Translations under genes and position numbers: made by a program
Notes under the pieces: generated by a model
Told to the model about the DNA's origin: nothing
The model's input: only the letters and a program-made list of their open reading frames with translations
Database searches by the model: none
Part shown: positions 18,866 to 33,103 of the stretch, piece by piece
Layout of the letters: each line of letters starts with the position of its first letter
Position numbering within the stretch: the first letter of the stretch is position 1
Assembly (NCBI GenBank): GCA_002269645.1
Contig: NIVC01001470.1
Span: 1 to 64,000 of the forward strand
DNA from: Macrostomum lignano
Lineage: Eukaryota
Direction: 5' to 3'
DNA length: 64,000 nucleotides

Positions 18866-19295
18866 AGGCTCCCTCTTCCCCGAGAATTAGGCTCCCTCTT
18901 CCCCGAGAATTAGGCACCCTTTTACGGGAGTATTAGGCTTCCTCTTCGCCGAGAAGTAGGCTCCCTCTTCTTCCGAGAATTACATGTAGTTCCCTCTTCT
19001 CCCGAGAATTCGGCTCCCTCTTCTCCCGAGAATTAGGCTCCCTCTTCCCCGAGAATTAGGCTCCCTCTTCCCCAAGAAGTAGGCTCCCTCTTCCCCGAGA
19101 ATTAGGCTCCCTCTTCTCCCGAGGATTAGGCTCCCTCTTCCTCGAGAATTAGGCTCCCTCTTCCTCGAGAATTAGGCTCCCTCTTCCCCAAGAAGTAGGC
19201 TCCCTCTTCCCCGAGAATTAGGCTCCCTCTTCTCCCGAGGATTAGGCTCCCTCTTCCTCGAGAATTAGGCTCCCTCTTCCCCCCGAGAATTAGGA
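18866..19295 (+). repeat. 23-bp minisatellite (AATTAGGCTCCCTCTTCCCCGAG)n
   Basis: Direct reading, about 18 degenerate copies. Confidence 0.95.
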
Positions 19296-19881
19296 GCCCC
19301 TTCAGCGCAAACAGGCACATGAAAACAGAACATGAAAGATCAAAGCTCATGAAACCCTGCAAACTCGCCCATGCAGCAGTCAGGTGCAGCCGGAAAGCTC
19401 CTGGAACAAGCGGGCAGCGATCTACCCGGGCCCAACGTTCAACGAGGCCGTGGTGGCCCCTGTTTGGAGCCCGTTGATGACGCGGCTGCAGGCCGATCAA
19501 GAGGCTGACCAAACTCGGACTGGTCTGTGCGTAAATGAAAATGTCATGATGACTATACGACTGCGATTGCTACATTTTTTCGAAAAGCAAGTACTGGAAG
19601 CAAAACAAGTTGCCTGAAAAATTTATCCATTAGGTTCACTGACCGACCAGCGGTCTCGTGTGAACATCGCGCGGACACGATGACCTACTCAGCATTCGGC
19701 CGGTCCTTGTCGCGCGGCGTATCGAATGTCGGCACCGGCCGTGGAGGCTCGGCCGATGAGCAGCAGGCCAAGCGGCTGCGTATGGAGAATGAGAGAAAAG
19801 CCGGAGTGCAGTGGGTCATGAAGCCGCTCAGGCAGTTTCAGGTGGACAGGAAGGTGAGGCCGGTCTGTCTGCAATCAATTA

Positions 19882-20363
<482 letters not shown>

Positions 20364-21539
20364 TAAACTGCAACATTAGCTACCAAGGTGTATTTTTATC
20401 ATGTGCCTATCCCAAAACTCCCATCCCAATGCAGGGTCAGCAGAGAAATCAGGGCCCATTCTCGCGAGAATTCGTCGTACACGCCAGAGCGCCGCACAGC
20501 TGGATGCGTCTAAAATGGGGACCGCACTACTGACTACGCTATCTGATTAGTAGCACTGCACGCTAAGCTGCTTATTTATTATGAAATACAATGCAACTTT
20601 TGGGCTAGCACAGCACTTTATTTTATCAACAATAACAGTTAGTTGAAAATAACTAAAAAACGACAGCATTTAAACCAGTAGTGATATCAATATTGAACTA
20701 ATAGATAGATATAATAAACAGTGTTCCATTACAGACGATTGTTTGTCATGCAAAAGCGAAGTAAACTGCAGTCTCTCAAATGCTAATCTTGGATTTTTGA
20801 GATATAAAACTCAATAAGTGTAGTAGCAAGTATAGTCAGTATAGCTTATTATATAGGAATTCTTAATAAAGCATTGGCAGAACAAAACGACATGGACCTA
20901 AACCGCATTGATTTAAACAAACTGAAACACATAAGTATAGCTGGAATGCCACTTGATACATAGATTTATAGTTGGCAAAAAAAACTCACATCTAGTTAAA
21001 TTTAAACAAAAGCCAGAATAATCAGTTGTTTTTTAGCACGCCAGCGCATCAAGAAGTGCATTAGTTAGACAATTGCAACTAAACGAAAGAATTAGCGAAA
21101 ATTTCAAACGGTTGTTTTACATTTACTTAAACAATTTCTATAATTTTCTATATCGCATTCACAATGCTCCTTGGTAACCCGCGCCACAATGTACAGTGTA
21201 CTAGAAGAAGTACATCGTTCTATTTATAGCTTTTCAATGGACGTAGAAAGGGCAGGGAGTTAGGCGGGGTGGAGGGATGGGGTGGATTGATAACAGACCG
21301 AGAGTACGCGGGAAGTGGAGAGAATATTTGAATGTACATGCTACAACGAATAGAAATGTACGAAGGGAATGGGGTTCATTGTAAAGTACATATCGCGAAA
21401 ATTGTAAAGTACATATTGTAGTGTACATTGTAAAGTACATATCGTCACGAGTCGAAATTTAGCAGTTTAGATATGTTGTTTTTGCCTTTTTTCAACAAAC
21501 TGTCAGTAAAAGTAAGCCAATGAGTTGCTAATTAAACAT

Positions 21540-24500
21540 CTAATTAATGGAGAAGGGTGCAGACTTTCTCTTCCTTGCTCCAGTAGGCACAGTTGCCATC
21601 GGCGCGACCATGAACTCGTACTCAGGCCTGCTCTCCTCCACCGGTGACGATTGTCTCACCTGAAAACAATTCAAGATTATAGGAATTAATAAATGTATGC
21701 TATATGAAATTCTCAAGATTTTCACACAAAGCTTTTATCAAGCTTCACAAACTTGGCATAACCCGCCGGCCAATTTTGTGAACAAGTCGCAAATGATCAC
21801 GTGACCGCGCACGGAATCAAACCAGGGGTCGTGGCGTGAGAGTCGGATGCGCGTTCACCGCTGAGCTGCCCTGCCCCACCCCTTCCGGAACTTACTTTCG
21901 GAGGCTCGGGCGTCACAGAGTCGATCTCGTGAGCCTCCTTTAAGTGCCGATTGAGTAGTTCGAATGTCGGATAGGAGCCGCCGCACTCTGAGCACAGATA
22001 GGCCTCGGCATCGGCGAACTGATGGAGAAAAAAAAAGTTGTTGCGTCATGCTTCAAAAATGGAGCACAAGATCAACTTATTGAGTCCGCATCACCTCAAT
22101 GTCATCGACAATCTCGAAGTGCTGATGATAATCGTCTCTGTCGGACGCGTCTCCAGCATCGATGGCTGAATTATTGTCAAACCGCTGCTCCGAGCTCGAC
22201 TGAGCCGGTTGCGGCGGCGACAAGGGTGAGGACTCATCTTTTCCATTAGCAGCATCGGCCAGAACCAGACTGCCGGGAATTTCTGCAGCCTCTTCCTCCC
22301 CTGCCTCGGCTTCATCAGCGGCATGGTTCTGAATGACGACTAGATTAGAATGCACGCTAGCCAGATGGTCCCGCAGGCGGCCGGCAGTGAGAAAGGCCCG
22401 AGGACACTGCGAGCACCGATGCGGCAGGGACAGCAGCGGACCCTGATCAGCTGTTGAGGGCAGCGTAGGCGTTGAAGCAGCGCGTTAGCTGACGAAGGAG
22501 TCATGGCAGCAGTGGCAGCAGCCGCGGCAGCCGCAGCAGCAGCCGCAGCCCGCCGATGACTCGGTCCGTAGAACTGCGGATGACACTTAGACCGGTGGAC
22601 AACCAGGCCTAGCGAGGAGGAGAACTGCGACGGACAGATGTCGCAGGGAAAAGCCAGCGGCTGGTGTTGCGCCGGGTTCAGACGAGGCGCTTTTGCGGCT
22701 GGTGGAGCGTCGGCTCCGGCAAAGCTCCTGGTGCCACGACAGCTGGTTCGCAAGTGGGCCTCCAGCACATCTTTTCGGCAGTAGGTCTTGCCGCAGTTCG
22801 GGCAGGGGACTCGCTCGCGCTCCGGCTGGGTAGTTACTCGCTGCAGCGGCTGCTGGGGTCGTGAGTCAGCTGGGCCAGTCAGACCCATGAGGCTCCTGCG
22901 GGTTGCGTGCATTTTGTACATATTAGACTCGGTTTTTTGGTATAATTTCTTAGTGTCTTAGATGCTTGCCTATCTGTCTTCTTGTCAGTCTTACCTAGCA
23001 ACAGAGGGCTGCTGCTGAGGCGGCGCCGGTGGCGGCATCTGCCGCTGTCTGACCTGCTGCTGAGCAACTTTATTCAGACTGCAGACGGCGGTGTGCCGGT
23101 CGAGCGACGCCCTATCAGTGAAAGTCTCGTTGCACATCGAGCACTCGTGCTCCTCGTCTTCGCAGTCCAGCAGCAGCATCTGGCCAGAGGCGGCCTCATC
23201 CGATTCCTCCTCGTCCTGCTGTCCGAGGTCGCCGCGGCTGTTTGGAAGAGCAGAGGTGCCGTGCTGCTGGCAGAACCGACGATGGACAGTCAGATTATCA
23301 GCGTACTGGAATGTCCGATGGCACATATCGCAGCGGTGGCTGCTGCCAGTTTCTGGGATCACCTGTACAGAAGTCGACGGACACACTTCAGATTGGAGCT
23401 GCTGCTGCTGTTCCTGTTGCTTCTGAGCCTCGCAGAAGTGGCGCGCTAAATGGCAGGGCATGCGGAATTCGCGATGGCAGAGCTTGCAACTAACCGAATC
23501 GTTGGAGTGAACCACGCTGTGCTTAACGAGGTTGGCAGTGGAGCTGAAGGACCTGCCGCACTCAGTGCAGTCAAATTTGGCTGCAGACTGCTGGCCCGTC
23601 GGAGTGTTGGAAGGTCAGATTGATTGAGTCAAGGCGGGAGTTTATAGAAAACTGTTTAGTTAAGTTTAAATATTAAATAAACTGCATTTGCTCACACATC
23701 ATTACAAGATTATAAAAATGTAAGTTTACCTGTAAAACAGCGAAGATATTATTTGTTGACTTATATTTTGGCATGATCTTCTCAATAATAGTTTTAGGGT
23801 TTCTGAATTTGGAATCCTTATAACTGGATCAGATCTGACAGATTGACATCGATGAAACACTGTGGGGCAGGGGGCTTCGTTCAAACGAACGATAGACATT
23901 AGACGAGGTCCAGTTGCCATAGACTATTACTTTCGAGCTGTTCAGGGATGATGCGTTTCCAGAATTTCCTCATTCATTCGTGGGGACTGCTTAACTTGAC
24001 ATGCGGACAAAATATGCTGAGCAAAAATGGCCTAATAGCGGTTTCTGGTAATAACGCTGGTGATTATCAAGTGGTTCCTGCACAACCCCCAATGTAAACC
24101 CGTACAATCTACAAAGTAAAGGAAGAATGTGAAACAGCTAAGATTGTAGAGGAAGAGGGTAGGGCGTGGAGAAATATGAGAGCAAAGTTTATAGAATAAT
24201 TACGAGGGGCCTATAAAAGCAAGATCCCATACGTTTTCACCACGTAAAAATACTCACATGCGATGTTGATCCGTCCATGGGTACTCCAGCCATGGAGACT
24301 AGGTCTCCCATCTCCAGCTCGCCGTCGGCCAGCGCTTCGGCGAAGCAGCGTCCGAGATGATCGCACAGGAAGTACCTGTCAGCGAAGACTTTGCCACACT
24401 TCGGACAGCCGGCCCGAGACGAGGCCGCCAATGTCCAGCTGCCAGTGTCAGAGATCTGCAGACGGCCTTCCATGGACAAGTCCTCGCCTCTGTCGCCGCT

Positions 24501-26749
24501 GTCGTTGCCGTCCTGGTCTAGACAAGCAGCATTGGTCAGTCCGTTAGAAGACTTCAACACACCGGTGCCGAACTTGTGCACCCGATTGTGCTGAGCCAGG
24601 CTGCGCGCCGACGGAAAGCAGGACTGGCAGATGCTGCAGAAATGCCGGTCGGGTCGGTCTTGCGATGCCGACATCGACACCGAGGATGGAGATGATGAAG
24701 GTGAGGCTTCTGGTGACAGCTCGCCTGGTTCTCTAGCGCTGGCAGCGGCAGCAGTATCAGATTGACTGACCGCAGCCCAGTGCACTCGAATGTGGAGCAA
24801 AAGACTGCGCCGGCTGCTGTGCACTGTGTGACAGAGGTGGCACATGAAGCGGACTAAGCGGTCTGACTCGCCGTCTTCCGACTCGTCATCAGCGGGTGGC
24901 AGCGGCTCGTCGGTGGCCTGGTGTCGTTCAACTAGATGTCGCTTTAACTCATCGGCAGAGCCGAATGCGGCCTCGCAGCAGTGACAGACGAACACGATGT
25001 CTTCCTCGTCCCCTTCTTCAACGTCGTTAGCAAAGTCCTCCGTAGGTTCATCGGCTGTCTGCGGCTGGGTCCCCTGCTTGGACATCGACGGGCCGTACTT
25101 GTGAATCCGCAGGTGCTGACTGAGGCTACTGGGCTTGTCAAATACTCGGCCGCACTCGCCGCAACGACAGACCTCGTTGTTAAAGGCATTCGTCTTGATT
25201 CTCAGCGTCACCTTGCTCGAAGATGAATCCGGTGCAGCCGTTTCTGCCGCTGCACCTGTCACTCCACCAGAAATAGACGATGTCGACGCAGTCTCCATCA
25301 GCGGCACAGTGATGCTGATACCGTTCTTCTTGCGCGCCTCGCGTCGCTTTAGCGCTCGCTCCGACATCTCCTTGGGGTTACCGCAGGCGCTAATCTGGCT
25401 GGGTACAAATCGAAGAGGAACAATGCCGAATTTTCCAGCCTTCCACTCCTGGTACTGCTCATGGTGGAAGTAGATGCAGTGCTTGCCCATGCCCTTGGAG
25501 AAGATTAGCTCGCCGCAGAACGGACACGGTGTGGCCTGCTTGTCATCGTCGAAATGGGTGGGGTTAGCAGCAGCGGCGGGCGCGGTTGCGGCTGCTCCTG
25601 ACGCCTTGTTGCCGTTGCAAATGACTTCAGCAGACGCCGATTTCACGGAGGGCGGCGGTGTCGACGGCGTGGGTGTGGCCGGATCGGATTCGTCCAACTC
25701 AATTTCTTCTTTATCCATCGATCGCTGATCTGCATCCTCTTGCATCTCGTCGATGGTAATCTCATCCGACTGCTTTGTGAACTGATCGTACTCGTTGAGC
25801 GTCTGGCTGAGGATGTCCGGGTTTGGTTTCACGTAACGCAGCTGAACGGAGCCGAACTTGCCGTTCTTCCAGCTCGTGTACTCATCGAGGTGGTGATTGA
25901 CACAATGCTTGGCGAGGCCTTTGATTGTAGTTTTGTGCGTGATGCAGAACGGGCAGTTGATGTCGAGTGGATTCTCGTTGGTGTTAAACTCCAACTTGCC
26001 TTCCTTGCTCATAAAGAACGGCGCCGTGGTTGCTAGCTGAGTCTTCAGCTTTGATCGTTTCCCAGGCCGCTGCGCTAGAAGACCATTAGAGCTTGGAATT
26101 CTACGGATTGGCTCCGGTGTTGGCGCAGCCTTCGTCTGCAGTTGCTGGTCGTTGGTGGATGGGCCAGACAGGTTGGTGGAGTCATCATCGACCTCGTCAG
26201 CACCATCTAGAACCATGCCTGTGACCAACGGCTCTTCTGTGTCCTCGACAATCGGCGGGCCCGTCCTTTTCATGGCTACACCAGCAGCACTGGACACGGA
26301 AGACTCCTCGGAGGCGTGAAAACTGCGGATCATCTCCTTGGTCAGGTCCATTAGGCGGATGCTGCGGCCAAACCAGCCGGACTTCCAGGCGGCGTACACA
26401 CCATTGTGGAAGCACATGTAGTGCTTAGCAACGCCCTTCTTGCTCTTGATGGTGCCGCTGCACTCTGGGCAGACAATGACGACCTCATCTAGCGACGCTT
26501 GACTGACGGAGCCGACGTTGGTCACTGGCACTGTTAGCGTGAGGATGTCTCCCTTTGCAGCGGACACCATCCGTTGATGGTCGTCGGAGGATGCCGAATC
26601 AGCCAAGTTCACCCCGGGCTGGCCCTGCCCACCAGGCTGTGGGCGTGGTGCTTCTTGCGCAGGTGCTTGTTGAGACTCTTCTCGGACGAATAGGCCTTAG
26701 TGCACAGGCGGCAGTGGTGAAACGGACTGTCGTCCAGTTTGAGGCTCAT
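21540..26749 (-). CDS. Multi-exon C2H2 zinc-finger protein (exons ~26749-24258, 23590-22995, 22895-22095, 21659-21540) with two apparent 1-nt frameshifts
   Basis: More than 10 C-x2-C...H-x3/4-H(C) fingers. GT/AG sites are phase-compatible (0, 2, 0). Frame restoration is needed at ~26615 and ~22485 to link a leading CRLC finger and the CSQC...HLASVH finger. Confidence 0.8.
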
Positions 26750-29700
26750 GGCTTCGCTGGTCTGGGCAAAGGCAATACGAATTGGATCTGTTATCGCTCT
26801 TTGCTTAGGGCCTCTTCTCTGTCTCTCTTGCGAGGCCCTTGACTGCTCACCAGCTTAAATCTATAAATGAGACCGCCTACAGGACTAGGGGGTTCAGTTC
26901 AGAGCCATATCTTGGACGATCCAAAGTTGGCGCCCAGCACAGCGGAGGTTTTCACCCTTCTCTCTCTTTCCGCACTGATACTGATATAAACTCCTTCCTT
27001 TTATTGATTTTTATCAGGTCGGACCCACCAGGCTGTTTGATTGTGAGGGGGGTTGGGTGCGCTGGTGTCTAGCTGAGGTAAGAACAATCAACAAATTGGT
27101 CTGCTGCGCTCACCAAGCTGTGGCCTGTGGTTGTGGTTAGCAGTCGAAATTGTTAGTGGCGGCCAGACAATACAAAAACTAAGGCAGATCTCGCTGAGGG
27201 GCCCTGTTACTCAGTCAGCGATTTAACTCAGCTCAGAGCTCTCTGATGCTTTGAACCTCTTCTATTTAATAGCAACGAGGCCACGAAAAATGGTGGGCCC
27301 CCGTCCTGCTACAAGTTGCTTTTCAATTCGCTCGCCTTGTTTTCGCTCGCCAGCCTATAACAGGCCTCTCTCGGCAGCGCCTGCTTTCGCGGCCCCAAAA
27401 CCCTTCCTCCCCTCACCCGCCCCTCCCCGCTCAATCCTGCCTTCCTATCTCCACTGCTGAAGCCGCCTGGTGGTTGAATTAAAGATTTGGGCGGGGGAAT
27501 GGCGCGGAGGGTGGGGTGGCTGCCCCCAATGTACGCAACGCGCGGCGGGCCTCCCTTTGCTCAACCAGAGGTCCCCCCTCGCCAACTTGGGGGCATGTTT
27601 CGGCTTGGGCCGCTGGCACCCCTGCCGTATCAGGCCCTGATGAATTTCAGTTCTACTGGCTGCTGCAAAATAATGGCGCTTAAACTAAATGGAAGCGGAG
27701 GCAACAGTCAGGACTTGGATATGGCAATTTGCATCCGAGGTAGATTTCAATCTCAGATGCCATTTGCGTTGTTTGGCCTCCGCTTTCAGAAGGGCCATCT
27801 GTCTGTCCTGTACCTCCAGTGCACCGCAACGGGAATGAATGAAATATAATCATCATATTGCGCAAAATTTGCTTCTGCAGAACTGTCTGCACTAGCTGGC
27901 ATCTTTGAATTTCTAAACTTGTGCCCAGTCTGAACTGCATGGAACTAGCTGTCTCTCGTTGCACTTCTCTTAAAAAATCTACGCTCGTAGCATTGACTTG
28001 TTGGACAGCACTGAGGACCCTATCTCCGTTTCCTGTACTAGCTCTGGCTCCTCCTGTATGCTCAGATTGATAGGGTTTTTGCCACTGGTCCGCATCCGCT
28101 TTCTGCAGTTTCTGCAACACTCTCTACACTACAGTGGCCAGGAATTCGCTTGTATCTGCATTGCGGCTTGAGCAGTTAATCTGCCAGGTCTGTTGCACAT
28201 AGTAGAAAAACTGCCTCTTGACCCTGCTTTGCTTGTATAGTCAGTCTGACTGCGCACTCACATTTCCTGTTGCATTCGCAATGACCAATAGACAATAATG
28301 CTTCCTAGAGCTCACATTATTGGAAACCGATTTTGTGAAGTGTAAGGTTAAAAATCCGGTGAAAATTACTGAGTAGCATTACTTCTTAGCTCTTAGTTCT
28401 TCGTTGAAGAATGCCAACACCTGCAGCATTGCTCTTGTCAGCAGCTCGCTGAGCTGAGTCATGTGTGACAGGCTACGGAATACAAGAAAAGCATTGGATG
28501 AGCATAGCAAAGGTTTCATACTGCATTGATGCTGAATATAGCTTGGTGCGCGGCACAGTGTATTTTATATTATATATTATTGTACAATACTGTATTTTGT
28601 ATTGACCAGCATGATGCTAATGTATTTTGTCTCGTTTAATGATAGCAATGTTTGCAGCAACAGGCAACAGCAGATGCTGAAAGCAGGCAATTTAATAAGC
28701 CTGAGCTGCCTGGAACTGTACCAGTGAGTAGAGAAAATAGCCATGCAGTTTTCGGTTTAGACTGGAGAAAGAAAAAATGGTATCCAAGGCTCATGTCAGC
28801 AAAAGCAATGGCTCGTATACGGCTTGTACAAGCGTTAGCAGTAAAGAGTTTTCCGACTGCTAGAGGGCTCGCTGGAGCAAGGGTTCTCCAAGTTCTGTTG
28901 CTGCCAGATGAGCGCAGAGTGAGTCATAGTCTACAGCCCAACACTGGCTCGCACTGGCACGCACCATGCAGGCATCATGGAGTCCCAGTCCAGCTCCGGA
29001 GGGCAGAGTGTGGGGTGGGACACTTCTCACTCCGCCGCACGAACGAACTCAACGTGCCAGGCTCTTAGCACCGGACCGCGGACGAATTCAATGGTGCCAA
29101 ATACTGCCAGCCAAAGCAGAAATAGAGTGGGGTAGACAAGAGGACGAGAGAAAATAAGGAGAGCAAGTAAAAGAGGAGTGGGTGGGGCTGCAGCCTGCAG
29201 CCACGTCAGACCTGGTGAGAACACAAAGCTGAGCGCGGGGACCATCAACAAAGCGCTTTGAGTCGAACTGAGAATTGTTTACCCAGAGCATGTGTGGCCC
29301 CGCAAGGTCTGCACAAATGGAGCGAATCTCAATGCTCGAGACTGCAGATGGGGTGTCCAACTTCACTCCAGCCACAGTCACCAACCGCAGCAACCATGCA
29401 GATGCTTGCGTGTGAGCTGTGTGTGCTCTCTTTCTTCGTGGCAATTTTGCTCGCAGTAAACGATTCCAGCTTTTCTTGATGCTCGGGCTCTGCTGCAGCG
29501 ACTGCTCATTTACTTATTAGTCCTTTTCGATGTCAGCAAAGAAAATTCCGGACCTGGTTGAGTGAAGGGCATGATAAAAGCATCAAGCAGAGGGTGCAAC
29601 AAATTGATGCACAAGCAGGATTCAATAAAGTACAAATCAGTACTACGAATATTAATAGGATGTCAGTACTGCCAATCGAATTGCGAGCAGCTCCTACAAA

Positions 29701-31134
29701 AGTCAGGTAGGAACGCCACAAGGTGTATAGTGTTGTAACAAAGAGATGAGTTGCTAAGGTTTCCACATTTAGCTCTCGTCTCAAATCTCTAATAGTTGCA
29801 AAGGTCGCACCCATTTAGTCAGTTGCTGTTAAATGTCAGCAAAGGGAATTTGCTTAGTCAAGTCTTGCTCGCCAAATTAATGACACTTAATAATAAAAGC
29901 CCTGTCGGAAAGGAACAGGGTGTAGCAATTGCGTGCCAATCTTGCTGCCTAATTGGGCTGGATGGGAGACAGGAATTGTCGGCCTCGAGGTGGCTCCTCC
30001 CCGACTCAGAGGAGCAGGTGCCGGCCGCTCGAGTTGCGAAACCCTTTGAAAAAATCCGCGTCTCAAGGCTGCCTCCGGGCGCTCACGATGAGGATAGAGG
30101 GAAGGGAAGGAAAGTGCGTTCTTTTTGACCTCTTTCCTTTTAGCCTATCCATGAGCTATACATTCTCTGGTAGGAAGGGAGATAAAATATCCTGACAGGT
30201 GACTGAAGGCACTAACAATTCTATTGAAGCTAGTGGGGTCTTTTTCCCCTGCAGATCCCTAGATTTAGCTGTCTATGAATTTGTGTTTACAAAAAATTCA
30301 TGTAGGTAACATTGAAATGTATTTTACTGTCTTCACAGTCGACATAAAGACAAACCACCTCGCAGATTATCACGCGAGAATTCTTAAAGCCGAAGAAGTG
30401 GTTGGTTGATTGGTTGAACTGAATGATGAGGCGGTTTGATTTTCTCTGCGGCAGCTGCGAACTGATCGCATTTCCAGCAGGAAGGCGGGAAACAGAAGGG
30501 GATGGAGCTCGTCAATCGAGATCAGCATCACTTGGGAGTTTTTAGTTGTCATGAAATTCGGGAAAGCATGGGATTCGGCGGAGTCTCTGATTTCCTCATC
30601 CAAACCGTCAAGTAGAGGAAGTGAGTTGAACCCTGGGGACACAGCTCTGAGCGGTTTAGTGCCTCCGACAGCAATCTTTTGTGTCAGATTGTATGCCCCC
30701 TCATCCATCGGAAAAGCTGGTTCAAGGCATTTAATTTTTTGTCCATTCAATTAAACAAAATTTCCCTATTCAGCTTCATGCGCTGTTTACGAACAGCCTT
30801 TGCAATCAGCTTGCAGCAGCACCAGCAGTGCCACGGCTGCAGCTTGCTACGTGATCAGAACTAAGGCAATGGTGGATGAGAACAATGACGTACGAGTAGG
30901 TACCCCCCCCCGCAGAAGAGTGTCTCCCTCTCCCCTCACCATGCATCTTTTCCACGTTCCCCACTCGCCGGCTGCAGATCCAATGTGAGCGCAGCTTCTC
31001 AAAAATTGACTGCATTGCGCGCGCGGCGTCACGTCACGGCCCTTTTTTCACCCTGCATCCGCTACTGGCATGGCCCCCAGGGAGGAGCGGGGAGAGAGAG
31101 ACGAAGTGACGGGAAGTGGAGAGGCCTTCTCAGA

Positions 31135-31166
<32 letters not shown>

Positions 31167-32528
31167 CGTTTCTGCCGTTGCTGGTTTGCCGCTGCTGTCA
31201 TGTTGTCTGTTGCTAGGCTGTTACGGAGTGCAGGATAGAGATAGAAAGGACGGCCCGAGAATATGAAGACAATTTTGTTTTGCATTTCAGCTGGCTCAGC
31301 TGGTGGGTAGTGCTTAAAAATGGAATGCCACACGCTTTTAATTTCCTGGAACCATGCGGCAGTCTTAATCAAAGAGTAGTACGGTTGGTTTTTTGTATCT
31401 CTGCTCTGTATTTCTTGGAATGGAATTATTGGCCTCGTTCCTTCTCTCTCTCTCTTTCTCTCTTTCTCTTTTTTGTCTCTCGCGAGCATGTTCAGAGATT
31501 CGTTTATTCGTTTCATCTCTTTCAGTTTTTCTCGAAGCCCGGTGACGATGGAGATGAAGTCTGCAAAGTCTGCTGAGCAAGATGCAGATGTAGGCGAATG
31601 GTTGGGAGGCTGTGTAGGGAATTGAACACGAGCATCGGGGCAGAAAAGGACAGGTAGGCAGGTAGGACAGAAGCCTTGCAGTTCTTGTCCAGAAACTCGG
31701 ACTGCAGAAGAAACAGAAGAAAAAACTGCATGAAGGAGCAAGCAAAAAGAGCTCAGAAGATGGGAAATCAAAGGGAAGCGTTGGGTTGCTCAGTGAGCAG
31801 CAGCCGCTGCAACTGGCCATCTCTCATCACTCTTTGTACTCGGCGTAGGCAAGAGGCTCAGTGAAAATGGCGCCACCGTGCGACTTCGTTTCGGGCAAAT
31901 TTTTCTGGCAGAAAGAAAAATAAAATCTAAGCTAAGTAGGAGGGTTGGTTTGGATGAAGCCGAGGTTGAATAGACAGGCAGAGGCACAATGATAGAGAGA
32001 CAGGCAGAGCAGAAAGCATGAGCGGAAATGATGGCAGCAGGCCGCTCCAATCCAATTCGTGACTAGATCGCAGACGCAGAGGCAGCTCCATCAGCAGAGA
32101 TGAAACAATGGAGTTGCTTTTTTCCAATTGCTGGCTTCGACTTGCTTGGCTCAGATTCTCTATCGGAACTGTGATAGAGCTACCACAGCTGAGACAAGTT
32201 CAGAAAGCTCAGAAACCCGAGACGAAGTTTTGCCGCCAAAGTTCCATCCTTTCTGGGGCATTGACAGATCAACCTTTCGGCCCATAGCAACTGTAGTGTT
32301 CCAACTGTGCAAGCTTCAGTGCACGCTTCAAACGGTCCGCAGCGGCAGGGAATAGCTTTAGTCGCCTACCATTATCTAGTGGGACGCAGGTACGCGGGTC
32401 TCTGACTGCAGAATTGGTGGACTGCAGCTTCAGACATGTCTGGCGCTGCCTTTAACCCCGCTCCACCTCTACCTTCCTTCCTGTGGTGACATTTCCCCGC
32501 GAAAATCCCATCCCCCTTGGACGAGGAA

Positions 32529-32960
32529 CCCGAAGCTCTGCACTCGATAGACACGGATGGGGAGGAAGGCATAGCGCAAAGAATTTTCGGCTTTCGCCCA
32601 GCTTGGAAACGCAATGACTCACCGGGCATGCACTGCTGGATGGGATGGGGATTCGGACTGGTCCGTTGTTGGCTTTCACTCCTCTGCTTCTACGCACTGA
32701 ATTCACCCCGAAGGTACAAGAGCAAGCGCCACTGGATAGATGGCCCGAAGCTCTGCACTCGATAGACACGGATGGGGAGGAAGGCATAGCGCAAAGAATT
32801 TTCGGCTTTCGCCCAGCTTGGAAACGCAATGACTCACCGGGCATGCACTGCTGGATGGGATGGGATTCGGACTGGTCCGTTGTTGGCTTTCACTCCTCTG
32901 CTTCTACGCACTGAATTCACCCGAAGGTACAAGAGCAAGCGCCACTGGCCATAGATGGCC
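32529..32960 (+). repeat. ~215-bp tandem duplication
   Basis: 32529-32745 is repeated at 32744-32960 with only small indels. Confidence 0.93.
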
Positions 32961-33103
32961 AGGCTGGAAGAGGTCTCTGCCCCTTCAGGATCCAAGCTCT
33001 GCTTCAGCCGGTCCGGTGCCAAAGAAAATCACAGAGACCAGAACGGCTTTTCTGGAGCTAGACTTGGTCCTAGGACAAATACTAAAGACGAAGCTTGAAC
33101 AAA

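Noticed and set aside
26928-26936. TGGCGCCCA resembling a tRNA-Lys PBS downstream of a TATAAAT
   Set aside because: Only 9 nt match, there is no preceding LTR-terminal CA and no partner LTR or internal ORF.
28650-29820. Cluster of 70-140 aa ORFs on both strands
   Set aside because: No recognisable domain and no consistent frame or splice pattern.
31000-32100. Possible divergent gene opposite CLK (ORFs 31130-31820) and AAAATGGCG YY1-like motif at ~31864
   Set aside because: ORFs have non-ATG starts and run through CTG and CT microsatellites. It is more likely promoter or UTR sequence, and a single motif is insufficient.
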